A DNA stretch of 64,000 bases from Macrostomum hystrix (Eukaryota; Animalia; Platyhelminthes): positions 25,792,001-25,856,000 of the forward strand of contig CATNEN010000001.1 in the NCBI GenBank assembly GCA_950097015.1, given 5' to 3'. Position numbers and translations under genes: made by a program. The notes beneath the pieces were generated by a model. It did no database searches and was not told the origin of the DNA. It worked only from the letters and a program-made list of their open reading frames with translations. The stretch's first letter is position 1. Each line of letters starts with the position of its first letter. Below are positions 10,475-22,819 of the stretch, one piece after another.

Positions 10475-11223
10475 AGTCACCAAAACAGAGATAATACTGT
10501 GGTTTTTGCGAAAATGTCTGTACTTTTTAATACGTATGTTTGCCGCTTTCTTTTAATTCTCAGTGAAATACACAAAATGCTCGAGCACAAAGCATTATCG
10601 ACACATTTTCTTGCTTGTCGTCAATATTCTTATCATAATATGACAATTATAAATATTTGCATTCAATTTTCAAGAAAAAAACTAAATACCTATTAGTATT
10701 ATATGCCCCAAACTTGAATTTAACAAGGTAGCATGTTTGCGCAACACTCTACCTACAACTTAACCGAGGAGCATTGAAGCGCATGCACTAAAATATACTT
10801 ACATGATTTTCTTTAAAAATTATTGCGTTTTTAATGTAGTACGAACGATGGGGTGCCACCGATGGGGTGGCGTGCACTCGCGAGATGTACACGCCGCATG
10901 AACACTAGCAACTAGCTTGCAGAGAGTTGTGCGGACTTCACAAGGCCTCACTGTGAGATATTCAACACTATCTATAGCCATTATATACTCGTAATTTTAC
11001 TAGGACTGACGATTAGCAAACTCCAAATTATATTTAGTGCCTTCGCTTAAAAGTTACGTAATTTAGTTAGACATTTTAACAAAAGCTGCACGTAAAATCA
11101 AATAATGGAATGTTCATGACAAAAATTGGCACTAAAAAACTTAGACAACGAATTTCATATTGTTGAACAGTGGAAAATAAAAATTAATTTTACTTTTGCC
11201 ACTGACAAGAGTTATTGAGCTTC

Positions 11224-12304
11224 TGTAGTGTAAGCTTGTTTGTCCTTCTATCTCCCCGTCTCCCCGTCCTTCTATTATTATTCAGTCCTTATTGTGTATT
11301 TTGAGACGTGTGTTTTTTTAGCTAAAAATTACCCACGCCAAGCCGGGCCGGACCAGCCGGGGAACGGACACCTGGGCTACAGTCCCGGCCAATCAGCGAA
11401 CGACCCCGCCTCACTACCTGTCGGCCCTCGGCAAGAAGCTACCCCGGGGCTCAGAACGGCGGTCGCAAGTCTACTGTGATTTGTCGCCTTGGCTCAATTG
11501 GCTAATTTGGGGTTAAAATAACTATAAAAGGAAGCGTGTTTTTGCAGTGACTTTTATCGTTCTCTGCAATTCGCCTCACACTGTGAGAAGCACGTGCAAG
11601 CTAGTCCACTTTGTTTTGTCTCTCCCCGCCCGACCACGCTACGCTTGTTCAGTTAGGTAGCTTTCGGCGCTACGCGTCTTGAGAGTGCGCCGCTGACAAG
11701 GGTGGTCTAGATAGGCGCTTGTTGTCGAAGTCAGTACGTGCTCTCTTCGGAGACTCCGCCGTCAGGCAGAAGGAGTGCCAACCGATAGGATCTGTCGGGG
11801 CAGCGCTGAAAGCAGAGACAACCGGAGCCTCTCGGGAAGAGTAGGGCGCGGATGTAGGCCAGTTTAAGTAAAAATTGTTATATCCAAATTGTTAGACCAG
11901 ACTTGCTTCTCACTGTGAGCACGCTATAATTTATTTCCGTGTGAACATCCTTATTCTGTCAGTATAACTTTTAAGTCAAGTAAACGATATTCAAAGTAAT
12001 TCCTATTCGTATCTGGAATCTTAGTCACAGCCGATTAACTCACTCCTAATCAAATTATTCGAGTCTTCGCGTTCATACTGTGTTATTCTTTTTCATTGGG
12101 AGTTTCGCCGGGCCGGAGGACGACACACGGGTCTCATCGCTTATCTATTCCGCTTCGCTCGCTACCACAGTCTCTAACGCTATTTAATTCCAGATTTCCC
12201 TGCTGCTATTGAACCGATTGGTAGGACACCGACCCCGGTGAATAGTGAATAGTCGCTAGCTTTAAATACCTCACGCTCCAGCTAGGACATTCATTTTTAT
12301 TACA
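11224..12304 (+). mobile_element. Probable solo LTR
   Basis: GC-richer ~1.08-kb block in AT-rich DNA, TGTA...TACA ends, TATAAAA at 11523-11529, flanks CTTC/CTTG (3 of 4 match as TSD); no coding region. Confidence 0.5.
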
Positions 12305-13499
12305 CTTGCGTGTCGTGTCTCCTAAAATGTTACGAAAACAATGAAGGAAAACTGCAGTCACATGAGTGTTTAGCTCTGCTTTTCAGAGCTAGAGCAACTG
12401 AAAATAAATTTAAAACAAATGTGGCTTAGAATCATTTTCAAGCCTGTTTCATAACCAGACGTTTTCAAATAAATAAATAATGTAGCACTTCTGGTTGAGT
12501 GGTGGATATTAAGTTCAAACAAAGTTTCTTGATGCATGCGTTCCTGGTTGTTCGGTTTTGTAAACATCTTCCTGTAGGCTTTCTGTTAATATTACATTTA
12601 TTTCATTAAAAAAGTCCACTTTTAGCTATACGTTATCCGCTTTTCCAGCCTAATTATACAGCCTGCAGATATTTGAGTAGCAGACTTTTATTACAACATT
12701 TACTATATAAAATATGCAATTAAAAAATTAACTGACTGACAATGATGTTTCGATCTCTTTCTGTTTGTCAAGCAGGCCCTGACGAATTGTTGACAGCTGT
12801 AGCATGATGGCATCCTGTCGCGAAGTCGGCGAGTCCTTCACCAGTCCCGGATGACATTTGGGGTCATGGCGTCCGTGGATCGATACGGCCCAGGAATGGG
12901 AGGAAGAAGTTCGGCGAGCGTTCGCTGGGGAGCGAGTGCGTGTGGGACAAAGAAACAGCTGCCCCTGTGTTAGCAATTTCCCAGCGTTTCTCCCTCTCTC
13001 CCCATTCTGCCCCATTGTGCGCGCTGCTTGAATTTAAATACACTGGAAGCGAGAGGCAGAGCTTCGCTGCCGCTTTTCATGTGACTCCGGAGTCCACACA
13101 GAAACGGGCCTCTGGCCCGTGGAGCGTTTATCTCTCTGTTGCTGTGGCAGAAGGTAACAGGAAGACAAAACTTTCCTGTTATAATGGGCCTCAGGGCAGT
13201 GGCTTTTTTATCTTGATTTAGGTATGCTTTCTATGAAGTACACAAACTTTCTGTTAATTCTGTGCTTTCCTGTGTCATTAAATACACACTTTTGTCATCA
13301 GCTGTTAGGCTTTTGAAATTTCGAACAGTACCTGCCACTTTCTCTATGAATTTATTTCTAATTGGAACATAAACAGACCAATCGCATCTAAAGAGAATAT
13401 GAGTTTCGCTCTCTACCTCGAATAAGTTTATACATTTCTAATTAGTTTTATAATTTTAAAGTGAATTTCTGATATCTAACTGGCATTTCGTCTCTGAAG

Positions 13500-13826
13500 G
13501 TGCCAGGAGGCCTTCTTAAACCAAGCCAGTCTGCCGGATTTCATAGCCAAGAATGACGCCCTGCGCGAGAACCTATTTATGATGATCGTGTGCATCACGC
13601 TGCGAATTCCGCTATTCGTTGTTGGCAAGTCTGGCAGTTCCAAATCTCTGGCCAAGACCATTGTTAAGAGCAACATGCTTGGCAATGATTCTAAGCACGA
13701 GCTTTACCAAGCACTACCGGGAACTCACATGCTCAGCTTCCAGTGCTCGCCTTGGAGCACATCCGACAGCATCATCAAGACATTCGCCCAGTGCTCAAGA
13801 CTGCAGGAGGAGAAGGACCTCAGCAA
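13500..13826 (+). pseudogene. RNF213: RNF213 (mysterin)-like exon A: AAA+ Walker A region
   Basis: IAKNDALRENLFMMIVCITLRIPLFVVGKSGSSKSLAKTIV...SFQCSPWST matches RNF213 IAKNLALKENVFMMVVCIELKIPLFLVGKPGSSKSLAKTIV...SFQCSPHST; AG/GT boundaries. Confidence 0.92.
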
Positions 13827-13844
13827 GTGAGTGATTAGACTCGA

Positions 13845-14122
13845 GGCTTCTAAGAATATGGGGAAATAAGGTTTCTAAGAATATGGGGAAATAAGGTTTC
13901 TAAGAATATGGGGAACTAAGGTTTCTAAGAATATGGGGAACTAAGGTTTCTAAGAATATGGGGAACTAAGGTTTCTAAGAATATGGGAACTAAGGTTTCT
14001 AAGAATATGGGAAACTAAGGTTTCTAAGAATATGGGGAACTAAGGTTTCTAAGAATATGGGAAAATAAGGTTTCTTAGAATATAGAGGAGCTAAGGTTTC
14101 TAAGAATATAGGGGAAATAATT
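13845..14122. repeat. 25-bp minisatellite AGGTTTCTAAGAATATGGGGAA(A/C)TA, about 11 copies
   Basis: Direct reading. Confidence 0.92.
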
Positions 14123-14584
14123 TTCCTATTTATATGGGGAAAACTTTCTAAGAAAAGAGCAATAAAAAAACATAAGAAGTGAATCTTTTTAAGAAAATAG
14201 GAATATTGTTTATAAAAGTCTATAGGAAACGAATTGGGGGATGAAGCCAATGTCAAGCACACCGGTTAACGCGTTTGCCTCTCGCACCAAGGTCCCTGAG
14301 CTCGATTTCGTGGCGAGGTCACATGCATTTTGCATATAATTTACGCCATTGAGGGCCAACCTCCAAGGCACACAGTGAAGTGTACACTGCCTGTGTACAC
14401 TGCTGATGACGAGAAAGTCAGTGCAGATGTACACTTGTGTGCTCAGGAGTGCTCAGAAGTCAGAAAAATGAGCAGAATTGCCTCCTCACTGGCTGCGGGT
14501 CTACTATCGCTAACTATGATTATAGTTGCCTATAGTTACCATAGGAAACTGCAATTTATGATTAATATTACCCTCCTCAATCAG

Positions 14585-14915
14585 GTTTGTCTGTGTCATC
14601 ATTCTGGACCAAATCGGCCTAGCCGAGGACAGTCCCAGCATGCCGCTGAAGACGCTGCGTCCGCTGCTGGAGGACGGCTTCATCGACGGGGACAATCTCA
14701 CTCCCGATCAGAAGTTGCGCAAGAAGATTGGCTTCATTGACATCTCCAACTGGGCATTGGATCCCGCCAAGATGAACCGGGGTCTCTATGTGCAACGAGA
14801 CGTGCCCAACGAAGAAGAGCTGATTAAAACAGCCAAGGGTATCTGCGGCGGTCGAGACAATTGCGTCAGCCATTTGTTGGAACCGCTGGCCAAATTTCAT
14901 CTGGCAATTTATGAG
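14585..14915 (+). pseudogene. RNF213: RNF213-like exon B: Walker B, sensor 1, arginine finger
   Basis: VIILDQIGLAEDSPSMPLKTLRPLLEDG...ISNWALDPAKMNRG matches VVVLDEVGLAEDSPKMPLKTLHPLLEDG...ISNWALDPAKMNRG; joins exon A in phase 2. Confidence 0.92.
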
Positions 14916-14990
14916 GTTGGTTGCTTACAATTATGTTGCGTTTTTCAATACATATCTGCAATTTTATAAGATCTAGCCAGGTAAAATTTA

Positions 14991-16130
14991 GCTCGCACCG
15001 GCGGGACACAGCGCCTGTGAGGTATGAGTCAGTCCAGGCCCACGGTAAAACGACGATTTTACCGTCGCTTTGTTTAAATAATTATCTATGAATAAATAAA
15101 CAAAAATGAGCTTCATCAAGCTTCACGAGCTTCAACCCCGTGAAATTCACTGCTTCACCGACGGTTCGTAAATCAACTCGGTCTCTGGTTTCGGCTACTG
15201 CATTATGTCCGGAGGGAAAACTGTGGCGACCTTGTCCCAGCACACCGGTATAAACTCTACCGTTCTCCAGAACGAAGTTCTCGCCATCAGCTCCTGCGCC
15301 CTGGAGCTGATCAATCAAAATGTCCACGGAGCAGAAATTGTCCTCCACTCGGACCTTGGATCCATGCCCTTGGACGCACGCACACCTGCTCGCGCACAGT
15401 CCTCGACTGCGTCGCGCAACACAATCGCTTAGGGACCCACGACAAGGTGTTCCTAAGTTGGATTCCAGGGCACTCTGGCCACCCTGGTAACGAATTGGCC
15501 GACAGCCTCGCCAAGGCCCCCTCGCCCCGTGCCTGCGGTCTCCACCCCTACCGCCGTCGTCACCACTCGGATTAACCATTGGTTGGCCTCAAAAGCACAA
15601 AGACAGGTGGATCAATACCGCCGATTGTCGGCAGTCTCGCGCTGCTGTTCCTTGTCCCTCCACTGCCCTTCGCAAAGCCCTGCTTGGACTTAACCGCAGG
15701 GACATCAGGGCAGTCCCCATGGCCCTCTTTGGCCACGGCTGTTTCGCCAGGCACCGCTTCATGCAAGGCAAAATCCGCAGTGAGGAGAGCCCTTTCTGCC
15801 TCTCCTACGTTGAGGATGCAGAGCATTTTATTTGCGACTGCCCCGCCTTCACTCAGGACAGGCTCACCTATCTCGGCCCAAACCCGGATCTCTCCGACGT
15901 TTTCAGGCCTGATAACATCTGCCAGCTCGTCCGTTACCTAAGGGCCACCGGGCAAGCGACTCTCCACCTCCTGGACTCTCCGGAGGAGGACCGCGCTGCG
16001 GACGCCGGCATCACGGATCCCCCTGCGCGACACCGCAGCTTTAGTTGCCTGTGGTCGTCAGGAGCTAGCGGAATGGGCGGCAACGCCTCCCCGCTGCATC
16101 CGAAGGATGACTTCTGCAGCTAAGTCAAGT
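14991..16130 (+). mobile_element. 5'-truncated, decayed RNase H-containing non-LTR retrotransposon (I/R1/LOA-like group)
   Basis: RNase H motifs FTDGS, STVLQNEVLAI, VLHSD, WIPGHSGHPGNELADSLAK; zinc-knuckle remnant EDAEHFICDCPAF; (AAGTC)n tail; 13-bp TSD CAGGTAAAATTTA at 14978-14990 and 16131-16143; stops and frameshifts. Confidence 0.9.
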
Positions 16131-16380
16131 CAGGTAAAATTTAACGTTATAAATCAGTAGAAACTGATCAGTAATCAGTTAAGTCAGTAATCAACTGATG
16201 AATTAAAATTTCAATTTTTTGCAGAATTGTCTTTTTCCCCGAGAGTCTTAATGCATTTTTCGATACATATCGGCTTAAAATTAACTTTCAGGATTGACTG
16301 TCAAATTGTCAAATTTTCTAAGTGAAATTTTCTAATCAATTTTAACAAATATTTTAATAAACGTGCTTATCTTTCTCCAG

Positions 16381-17051
16381 GCCTGCACAAAGATCTGCAA
16401 GGACATCAACCGCATTAAGATTAGCATGGAACGCGGCGAGACAGTGGTCTTAATTAACATGGACTCACTCTACGAGTCTTTGTACGACGTGATGAATCAA
16501 TACTACGAGATCTGCGGCGAAGATCGCTTTGTAGACTTGGGCCTCGGCACCCATCGTCTAAAGTGCAAAGTGCACAGGAATTTCCGCATTGTAGTCATCG
16601 TCGAACGGGACACTGTCATGAACAAATTTCCCATTCCACTAATCAATCGAGTGGATAAGCATAGACTGTCCTGCGAGTAGTTGCTAAGGGAATACGACTG
16701 AAATCTGTGCTCAAAACTGTTGGATTGGGCTAAAAGCTTCCTACCCTCTTCTGGTAGCAGATTGCAGCAATCTTCAATCACCACTGCCAGGCTTTTGAAC
16801 ACAGTATTTGTCGGCTATCACGAAGATCCCTACTGTTGGAATATTCCCAGCTGGCCAATGCGGAGCGAGTGCGGCCTGTTCAATTGGCTCTGCTGGCCGC
16901 TTGTACACCAGAGAGTCTGGTGCGATTGGACCAGACACCGTTGGAGTCTCAGAAGGAGGACCTGAGCCGGCTGTATCATCGTGACGATTAACACTCCGAC
17001 ATTGAAGCACTCTTGAAGTGTCGCGCCTACGGTGAAAAGAAGTTTGTCCAG
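16381..17051 (+). pseudogene. RNF213: RNF213-like exon C (later AAA module), with stops and frameshifts
   Basis: INRIKISMERGETVVLINMDSLYESLYDVMNQYY...VDLGLGTHRLKCKVHRNFRIVVI...FPIPLINR is diagnostic; TAG at 16678-16680 and a further TGA; VFVGYHED and CTPESLVRL lie in different frames; 3' end approximate. Confidence 0.9.
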
Positions 17052-17261
17052 GTGAGAGAGAGAAGCAAAATAACCAATTCATCGATTCTTTATCAGCGAT
17101 TCTGATATTGATCGCGGCTAGACTGCTTTCACCATAGTCATTTATCGATTGAGATACTGTTGGTTTTAGGATTCTTGAGATCTCAGTTAAATTATGTTTT
17201 TTCTAAATAAATATCAGTTATAAGTTCGCTTTATAACTTTGCCGATGGTGAGGAGCAGATT

Positions 17262-17375
17262 TACACACCCTGCGTACCTGTGTACACCCCTGTGTACCTG
17301 TGTACACACCTGTGTACTTTTATCCACACCCTATGTACCTGTGTACACACCCTGTGTACCTGTGTACACACCTGC
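17262..17375. repeat. ~20-bp repeat TGTACACACCCTGTGTACC
   Basis: About 5 degenerate copies. Confidence 0.8.
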
Positions 17376-17825
17376 GATTGTTTCCTTAGTGTACCTTAGA
17401 GTACCGATAATGCCATTCTTCTGAGCCATAAAGTGTGTAATGAGCATGTTTCGGGCGTACTGCTATTCAGTCCACGGACAGGGGAAACCGCATACACCCT
17501 TAACAGTAGAAACACCACGGGGTATTTCAAATATCCGTATTTTTCTCATTTCTGTATCAACCAGTCGCCATGAAAATCCTGTTAACGGTTACAATTTTCC
17601 GCTCTATCCGATGCGACAACTTCCAGAATCACAAAACTATTCTCGTCGCAGTGTTTGGTGGCAAAATCCACCAATACGAGCGCGTAAGCATAGTTATTTT
17701 TCTGCTCACAAAATTTCATGATGTAGCTCTAGCTAGCTTTGTCGGCTATTATTATTTATTATTAAAATATTAAAACAATATGGATTCTCCATAGAGGTTA
17801 ATGCTGAGCAATGTTAGTTGTCCTT

Positions 17826-17872
17826 GACCTTCAAGTCATTAGTCCGATGCTCTAACCACTAAGCTAATGAGC
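17826..17872 (-). other. tRNA-derived fragment (tRNA-Ile-like 5' half; SINE head or pseudo-tRNA)
   Basis: Minus strand GCTCATTAGCTTAGTGGTTAGAGCATCGGACTAATGACTTGAAGGTC has an A box and a CTAATGA anticodon-loop-like segment; no T arm or B box follows. Confidence 0.55.
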
Positions 17873-17958
17873 GGAACTACTGTTAAGTAGTATGATCCAT
17901 GTGTAGCGGTTCTAATCCGATAATTTCACTGCGTACTCAATTAAATACTATTTTTCAG

Positions 17959-18238
17959 GCCCTATTTGAGACATTCTGCGAACAGCTCAACGACCGCAAG
18001 CGTGATCTCAATCAAACTCGAACCCGGGCCCACTGGCTAGCCCGACTGTCCAATTGTCAGGGCGTGGTGCAGTCCATGCTAGACCAATACGCGCCGAGTT
18101 CTGCGAATCAAGCAGACACTCACCGAGCGTCGTGGGATCGAATCCAGTGCGTGGCATTTTTCCTGCGTCACGTGTCGATTCCATTAGACTCGGAGGAGCT
18201 GTTTGACGAGTCGCTGATCAAACCCATCCAGCTGTGGG
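17959..18238 (+). pseudogene. RNF213: RNF213-like exon D (E3 module, upstream of the RING position)
   Basis: HWLARLSN...RASWDRIQCVAFFLRHV resembles RNF213 WLQLVKNL...RTQWSRIFSTALFVEHV; TTTCAG| and |GTGAGT. Confidence 0.7.
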
Positions 18239-18558
18239 GTGAGTATACTTTTATTGATTTTTGCCTATAAAAAGCGAAAATAAATATTTAAAAAAATCTA
18301 CTTCAAAGATGCTAAAACGCGAAAAAATCTCTTTTCGAATTGAAAGATCCATTAAAGTTTTGGAAGATTTTTTTAATACGAGTAAAGCCAACGAATCTGT
18401 TCGCACGAACATGGGGTCATGGGGTAAGTGAAAAAATATATTGTCTAAGTACCAAAATTAACGAAATAATAAAAGAAACAATTAATATTACCATCAAACT
18501 AGTAAAAAACTTACAAAAACTGTTAACGCTAATTGACGAGAAGTCATTATTAGAAGTA

Positions 18559-18666
18559 TGTTCGCTACATAATTTACGGATGTTCGCTACATAATTTACG
18601 GATGTTCGCTACATAGTTAGCGGATGTTCGCTACATAATTTACGGATGTTCGCTACATAGTTCGCT
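18559..18666. repeat. 22-bp repeat TGTTCGCTACATAATTTACGGA, about 5 copies
   Basis: Direct reading. Confidence 0.88.
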
Positions 18667-18760
18667 TCCTGACGGACGCCGCGTCTCGTCTGTGCTTCGG
18701 CAATCCGAGGCAGAGCCCGGAGCCTAAGCTGTGCGCGCATCTTCTGAACTCGGTTACTCG
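18661..18760 (+). pseudogene. RNF213: RNF213-like exon E (E3 module, downstream of the RING position)
   Basis: RFLTDAASRLCFGNPRQSPEPKLCAHLL resembles FFIDLVSTICFKDNAPPEKEVIESLL; donor |GTAAGC; 5' boundary uncertain because it abuts a repeat. Confidence 0.6.
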
Positions 18761-18777
18761 GTAAGCACTCCGTCTGT

Positions 18778-19376
18778 AGCAGTGACGAGTCTATGGAACA
18801 GTAGCTAGTCTATAGAACAGTAGCTAGTCTATAGAACAGTAGCTAGTCTATGGAGCAGTGACTAGTCTATAGAACAGTAGCTAGTCTATAGAACAGTAGC
18901 TAGTCTATGGAACAGTAGCTAGTCTATGGAACAGTAGCTAGTCTATAGAACAGTGACGAGTCTATAGAACAGTAGCTAGTCTATAGAACAGTGACGAGTC
19001 TATAGAACAGTAGCTAGTCTATAGAACAGTAGCTAGTCTATGGAACAGTAGCTATTCTATAGAACAGTGACGAGTCTATAGAACAGTAGCTAGTCTATAG
19101 AACAGTAGCTAGTCTATAGAACAGTAGCTAGTCTTTGGAACAGTGACTAGTCTATAGAACAGTGACTAGTCTATAGAACAGTAGCTAGTCTATAGAACAG
19201 TAGCTAGTCTATGGAACAGTAGCTAGTCTATAGAACAGTAGCTAGTCTATAGAACAGTAGCTAGTCTATAGAACAGTAGCTAGTCTATGGAACAGTAGCT
19301 AGTCTATAGAACAGTAGCTAGTCTATGGAACAGTGACTAGTCTATAGAACAGTAGCTAGTCTATGGAACAGTAGCT
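18778..19376. repeat. 19-bp minisatellite CTATAGAACAGTAGCTAGT, about 31 copies
   Basis: Direct reading. Confidence 0.95.
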
Positions 19377-19439
19377 TCAGGTTTCCTGAACCTTCAGGCC
19401 CACTTAACTTTCAGGCTCCCTTAAGTTTCAGGCTCCGTT

Positions 19440-20420
19440 GGCTGCGAAGAGCGGCTGGCCAGGCGTCCGCAGGCGAGCATCAGTGCCGGCGACGGGAAAA
19501 ATGCTGACCTCGGCGCCCGTGTCGACCAGGAAGCGCCGGCCCGTCTGGACATCGGGGATGAGCAGCAGGCTGCTGTTACCGGCCGCCGAGCTGATCACTG
19601 ATCAATGAGCAGGCGGAGGCGGCGGCTGCTCTGCAGCGGGATGCGGCACGGAGGCTGCGAACGGCTGCGACCGGCTCGCCCACAGCTTATCGCCTCTTGC
19701 GCTGCGGCCCGCGGGTCGCTGAAGTCCACAGTGGCCATCATCATCCTGACGTCGGCGGGCAGCTGCTGGCGGAAAAGTTCCTCGAACAGGAGGCACGGGG
19801 GGATGGTCACCTAGCAGAGCGAGCATTTCGTCCATGAGCTCTGAGGGACGCTTGTCGCCGAGGCCGGACATTCCGAGGAGGTGGCTGGCCCGCTGCTGTC
19901 AAGTGAGGCCAAACGTGCCGAGCAGGCGGTCCTTCAGGCTCTGGTACTTGTCCTCCTCCGGCGGACGCTCCAGCACATCGAGTAGTCGCTCGGCTGTGAT
20001 CTGGTCGAGAGCAGCGACTACGTGCGTGTACTTGGTGTTGTCCTCTGTGATTCGCCGCAGAGTGAACTGGGCTTCGGCCTGAATAAACCAGGCCCGGGGC
20101 TGCGAGGCCCAAAACGTGGGCAGTTTGAGTGCAACGGCTGACTCAGTCATTCCTCAGCACGGCTGGGGTAGTCGGGCTCACGAATTTAGTGTCTCGCAAA
20201 TGAAATGCATTGCGCGAGAAAGGGTAAATTTATTTATTAGTCAAACAGATCTTAAATAGCGCTTCGGAGCGTGGGGAGGTGCGCGAAAGGTGGCGAGAGT
20301 CCGTAACCCCCCGGCTTAGCGAGCCGGTGGGTTGGGTGCACCCACCCCCCCAGCCAGGCGGCCCGGCGTTTGAGTGCATATGCACCCAGAGTCGCGCCGC
20401 GTGCAGACCTGGCCGCCACA
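19440..20420 (-). mobile_element. Decayed Ty3/Gypsy LTR retrotransposon remnant (LTR, gag, protease start)
   Basis: gag MTESAVALKLPTFWASQPRAWFIQAEAQF...GLGDKRPSELMDEML; aspartic protease GRRFLVDTGAEVSIFP at about 19495-19550; LTR-like segment begins TGTGGCGG at 20420 with TATTTAA and AATAAA; in-frame stops; pol and second LTR absent. Confidence 0.85.
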
Positions 20421-21284
20421 ATATATAATTTATTGGGACATACCTTCAATTTCTGACGAAATATCAGGGAATTGTATGAATCCACATATTTGAACACTGG
20501 TATGAAAAAAATCATTTGTTTTCTGACCAAAAATATAATAACTTTCTTGAATAATCTAACATCTTTTGATTCAACTGGGATTCTAGTGTTTCTTAGAAGA
20601 AGGCCTGGGATTTCTAAGAAATCAACAATACTTAATTTGATTTGATTATCAGGGAATGAACTAAAATAGATAATTTAATCATCCATCCTACTATACTAAA
20701 TGTCTAAGATCTGTCTGTCCATCTGAAACGCTCTAGCGAATGAATGGCTAGACCAATTTTTTTCCTGTTTTCACCAAAAAGTGCCAACTCATCCAAGGAT
20801 TAGACTGATCAAATTTCATCATTCTGTCTCAATGCCAAGGGTATTAAATATTCGAAAAACATGATTTTTTCAAAGGTCAAACCATCTTGGCCTATTGAGA
20901 ATTTTACTCACTGCCACTGAATTAGAATTGCGTCGTCAAATTGCGCAACAACCCCTAGCTGATTGAATTTGAAGCCTGCACTCTGGCGACAAATTGGAAA
21001 TAAATGTACACAACCAACCGCGAGACTGAGTGTACTCTATTTTCTCACTTCATTGTACAAAGCCAGAACTTTGAGAATTCATTTTATAAGGCTGATTTTT
21101 GCACCCACTAACCAACAGTCGGAATAGCCGATGTGTAGGCACTAGGAATAGGTTAGGCTAGGCTAGGGTTCGATTCTGAACTGCGTCAAATCATTTAGAC
21201 AAATTTTCTGCCAGTAGTGATTGAAGATTATTTTAATTTATTTTTTTCATTTCGTTAATAAAATATCATAAATCATAGCACACC

Positions 21285-22810
21285 AGAGTTTGAATCATGG
21301 CTGAACAAGAGTTTGAATCATGGCTAAACCAGAGTTTGAATCATGGCAAAACCAGAGTTTGAATCATGGCTAAACCAGCGTTTGAATCATGGCTAAACCA
21401 GAGTTTGAATCATGGCTAAACTAGAGTTTGAATCATGGCTAAAACAGAGTTTAAATCATGGCAAAACCAGAGCTTGAATCATGGCAAAACCAGCGTTTGA
21501 ATCATGGCTAAACCAGAGCTTGAATCATGGCTAAACCAGAGCTTGAATCATGGCTAAACCAGAGCTTGAATCATGGCAAAATCAGAGCTTGAATCATGGC
21601 TTAACCAGAGTTTGAATCATGGCTAAACTGGAGTCTGAATCATGGCTAAACCAGAGTCTGAATCATGGCTAAACCAGAGTCTGAATCATGGCTTAACCAG
21701 AGTTTGAATCATGGCTAAACCAGAGTCTGAATCATGGCTAAACCAGAGTCTGAATCATGGCTAAAATAGAGTCTGAATCATGGCTAAACCAGAGTCTGAA
21801 TCATGGCTAAACCAGAGTCTGAATCATGGCTAAACTAGAGTCCGAATCATGGCTAAACCAGAGTCTGAATCATGGCTAAACTAGAGTCTGAATCATGGCT
21901 AAACCAGAGTCTGAATCATGGCTTAACCAGAGTTTGAATCATGGCTAAACCAGAGTCTGAATCATGGCTAAACCAGAGTTTGAATCATGGCAAAAACAGC
22001 GTCTGAATCATGGCTAAACCAGAGCTTGAATCATGGCTAAACCAGAGTTTGAATCATGGCTGAACCAGCGTTTGAATCATGGCTAAACCAGAGTTTGAAT
22101 GAAGGCTAAACCCGAGTTTGAATCATGGCAAAACTAGAGTTTGAATCATGGCAAAACCAGAGTTTGAATCATGGCTAAACCAGAGTTTGAATCATGGCAA
22201 AAACAGCGTCTGAATCATGGCTAAACCAGAGCTTGAATCATGGCTAAACCAGAGTTTGAATCATGGCTGAACCAGCGTTTGAATCATGGCTAAACCAGAG
22301 TTTGAATGAAGGCTAAACCCGAGTTTGAATCATGGCAAAAACAGAGTTTGAATCATGGCAAAACCAGAGTTTGAATCATGGCTAAACCAGAGTTTGAATC
22401 ATGGCTAAACCAGCGTTTGAATCATGGCTAAACCAGAGTTTGAATCATGGCAAAACCAGAGTTTGAATCATGGCTAAAGCAGAGTTTGAATCATGGCTGA
22501 ACCAGCGTTTGAATCATGGCTAAACCAGAGTTTGAATGAAGGCTAAACCCGAGTTTGAATCATGGCAAAACCAGAGTTTGAATCATGGCTAAACCAGAGT
22601 TTGAATCATGGCTAAACCAGAGTCTGAATCATGGCTAAAAACCAGCGTTTGAATCATGGCTAAACTAGCGTTTGAATCATGGCTAAAGCAGAGCTTGAAT
22701 CATAGCCAACCAGAGTTTGAATCATAGCAAAACGAGAGTTTGAATCATAGCCCACCAGGGTTTAAAACAGGGCGAAATCTGAGTTTGAATCTTGGCTTAC
22801 CCAGCGTTTG
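21285..22810. repeat. Satellite A, 23 bp (GAATCATGGCTAAACCAGAGTTT), unit 1
   Basis: Period 23 (GAATC at 21361 and 21384). Further arrays at about 25075-27712, 29977-31947, 35817-37563, 39828-42465, 44730-46700, 50570-51430, 53262-54979. Confidence 0.96.
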
Positions 22811-22819
22811 AAAAATCAA

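Noticed and set aside
12728-13221. GC-richer block with short ORFs, possible MITE or gene
   Set aside because: No convincing terminal repeats, TSD or recognisable protein motif by eye.
17826-17872. Functional tRNA gene
   Set aside because: T arm, B box and 3' acceptor strand are missing; kept only as a tRNA-derived fragment.
21150-21170. Telomere-like GGTTAGGCTAGGCTAGGG
   Set aside because: Only about three degenerate units inside a transposon body.
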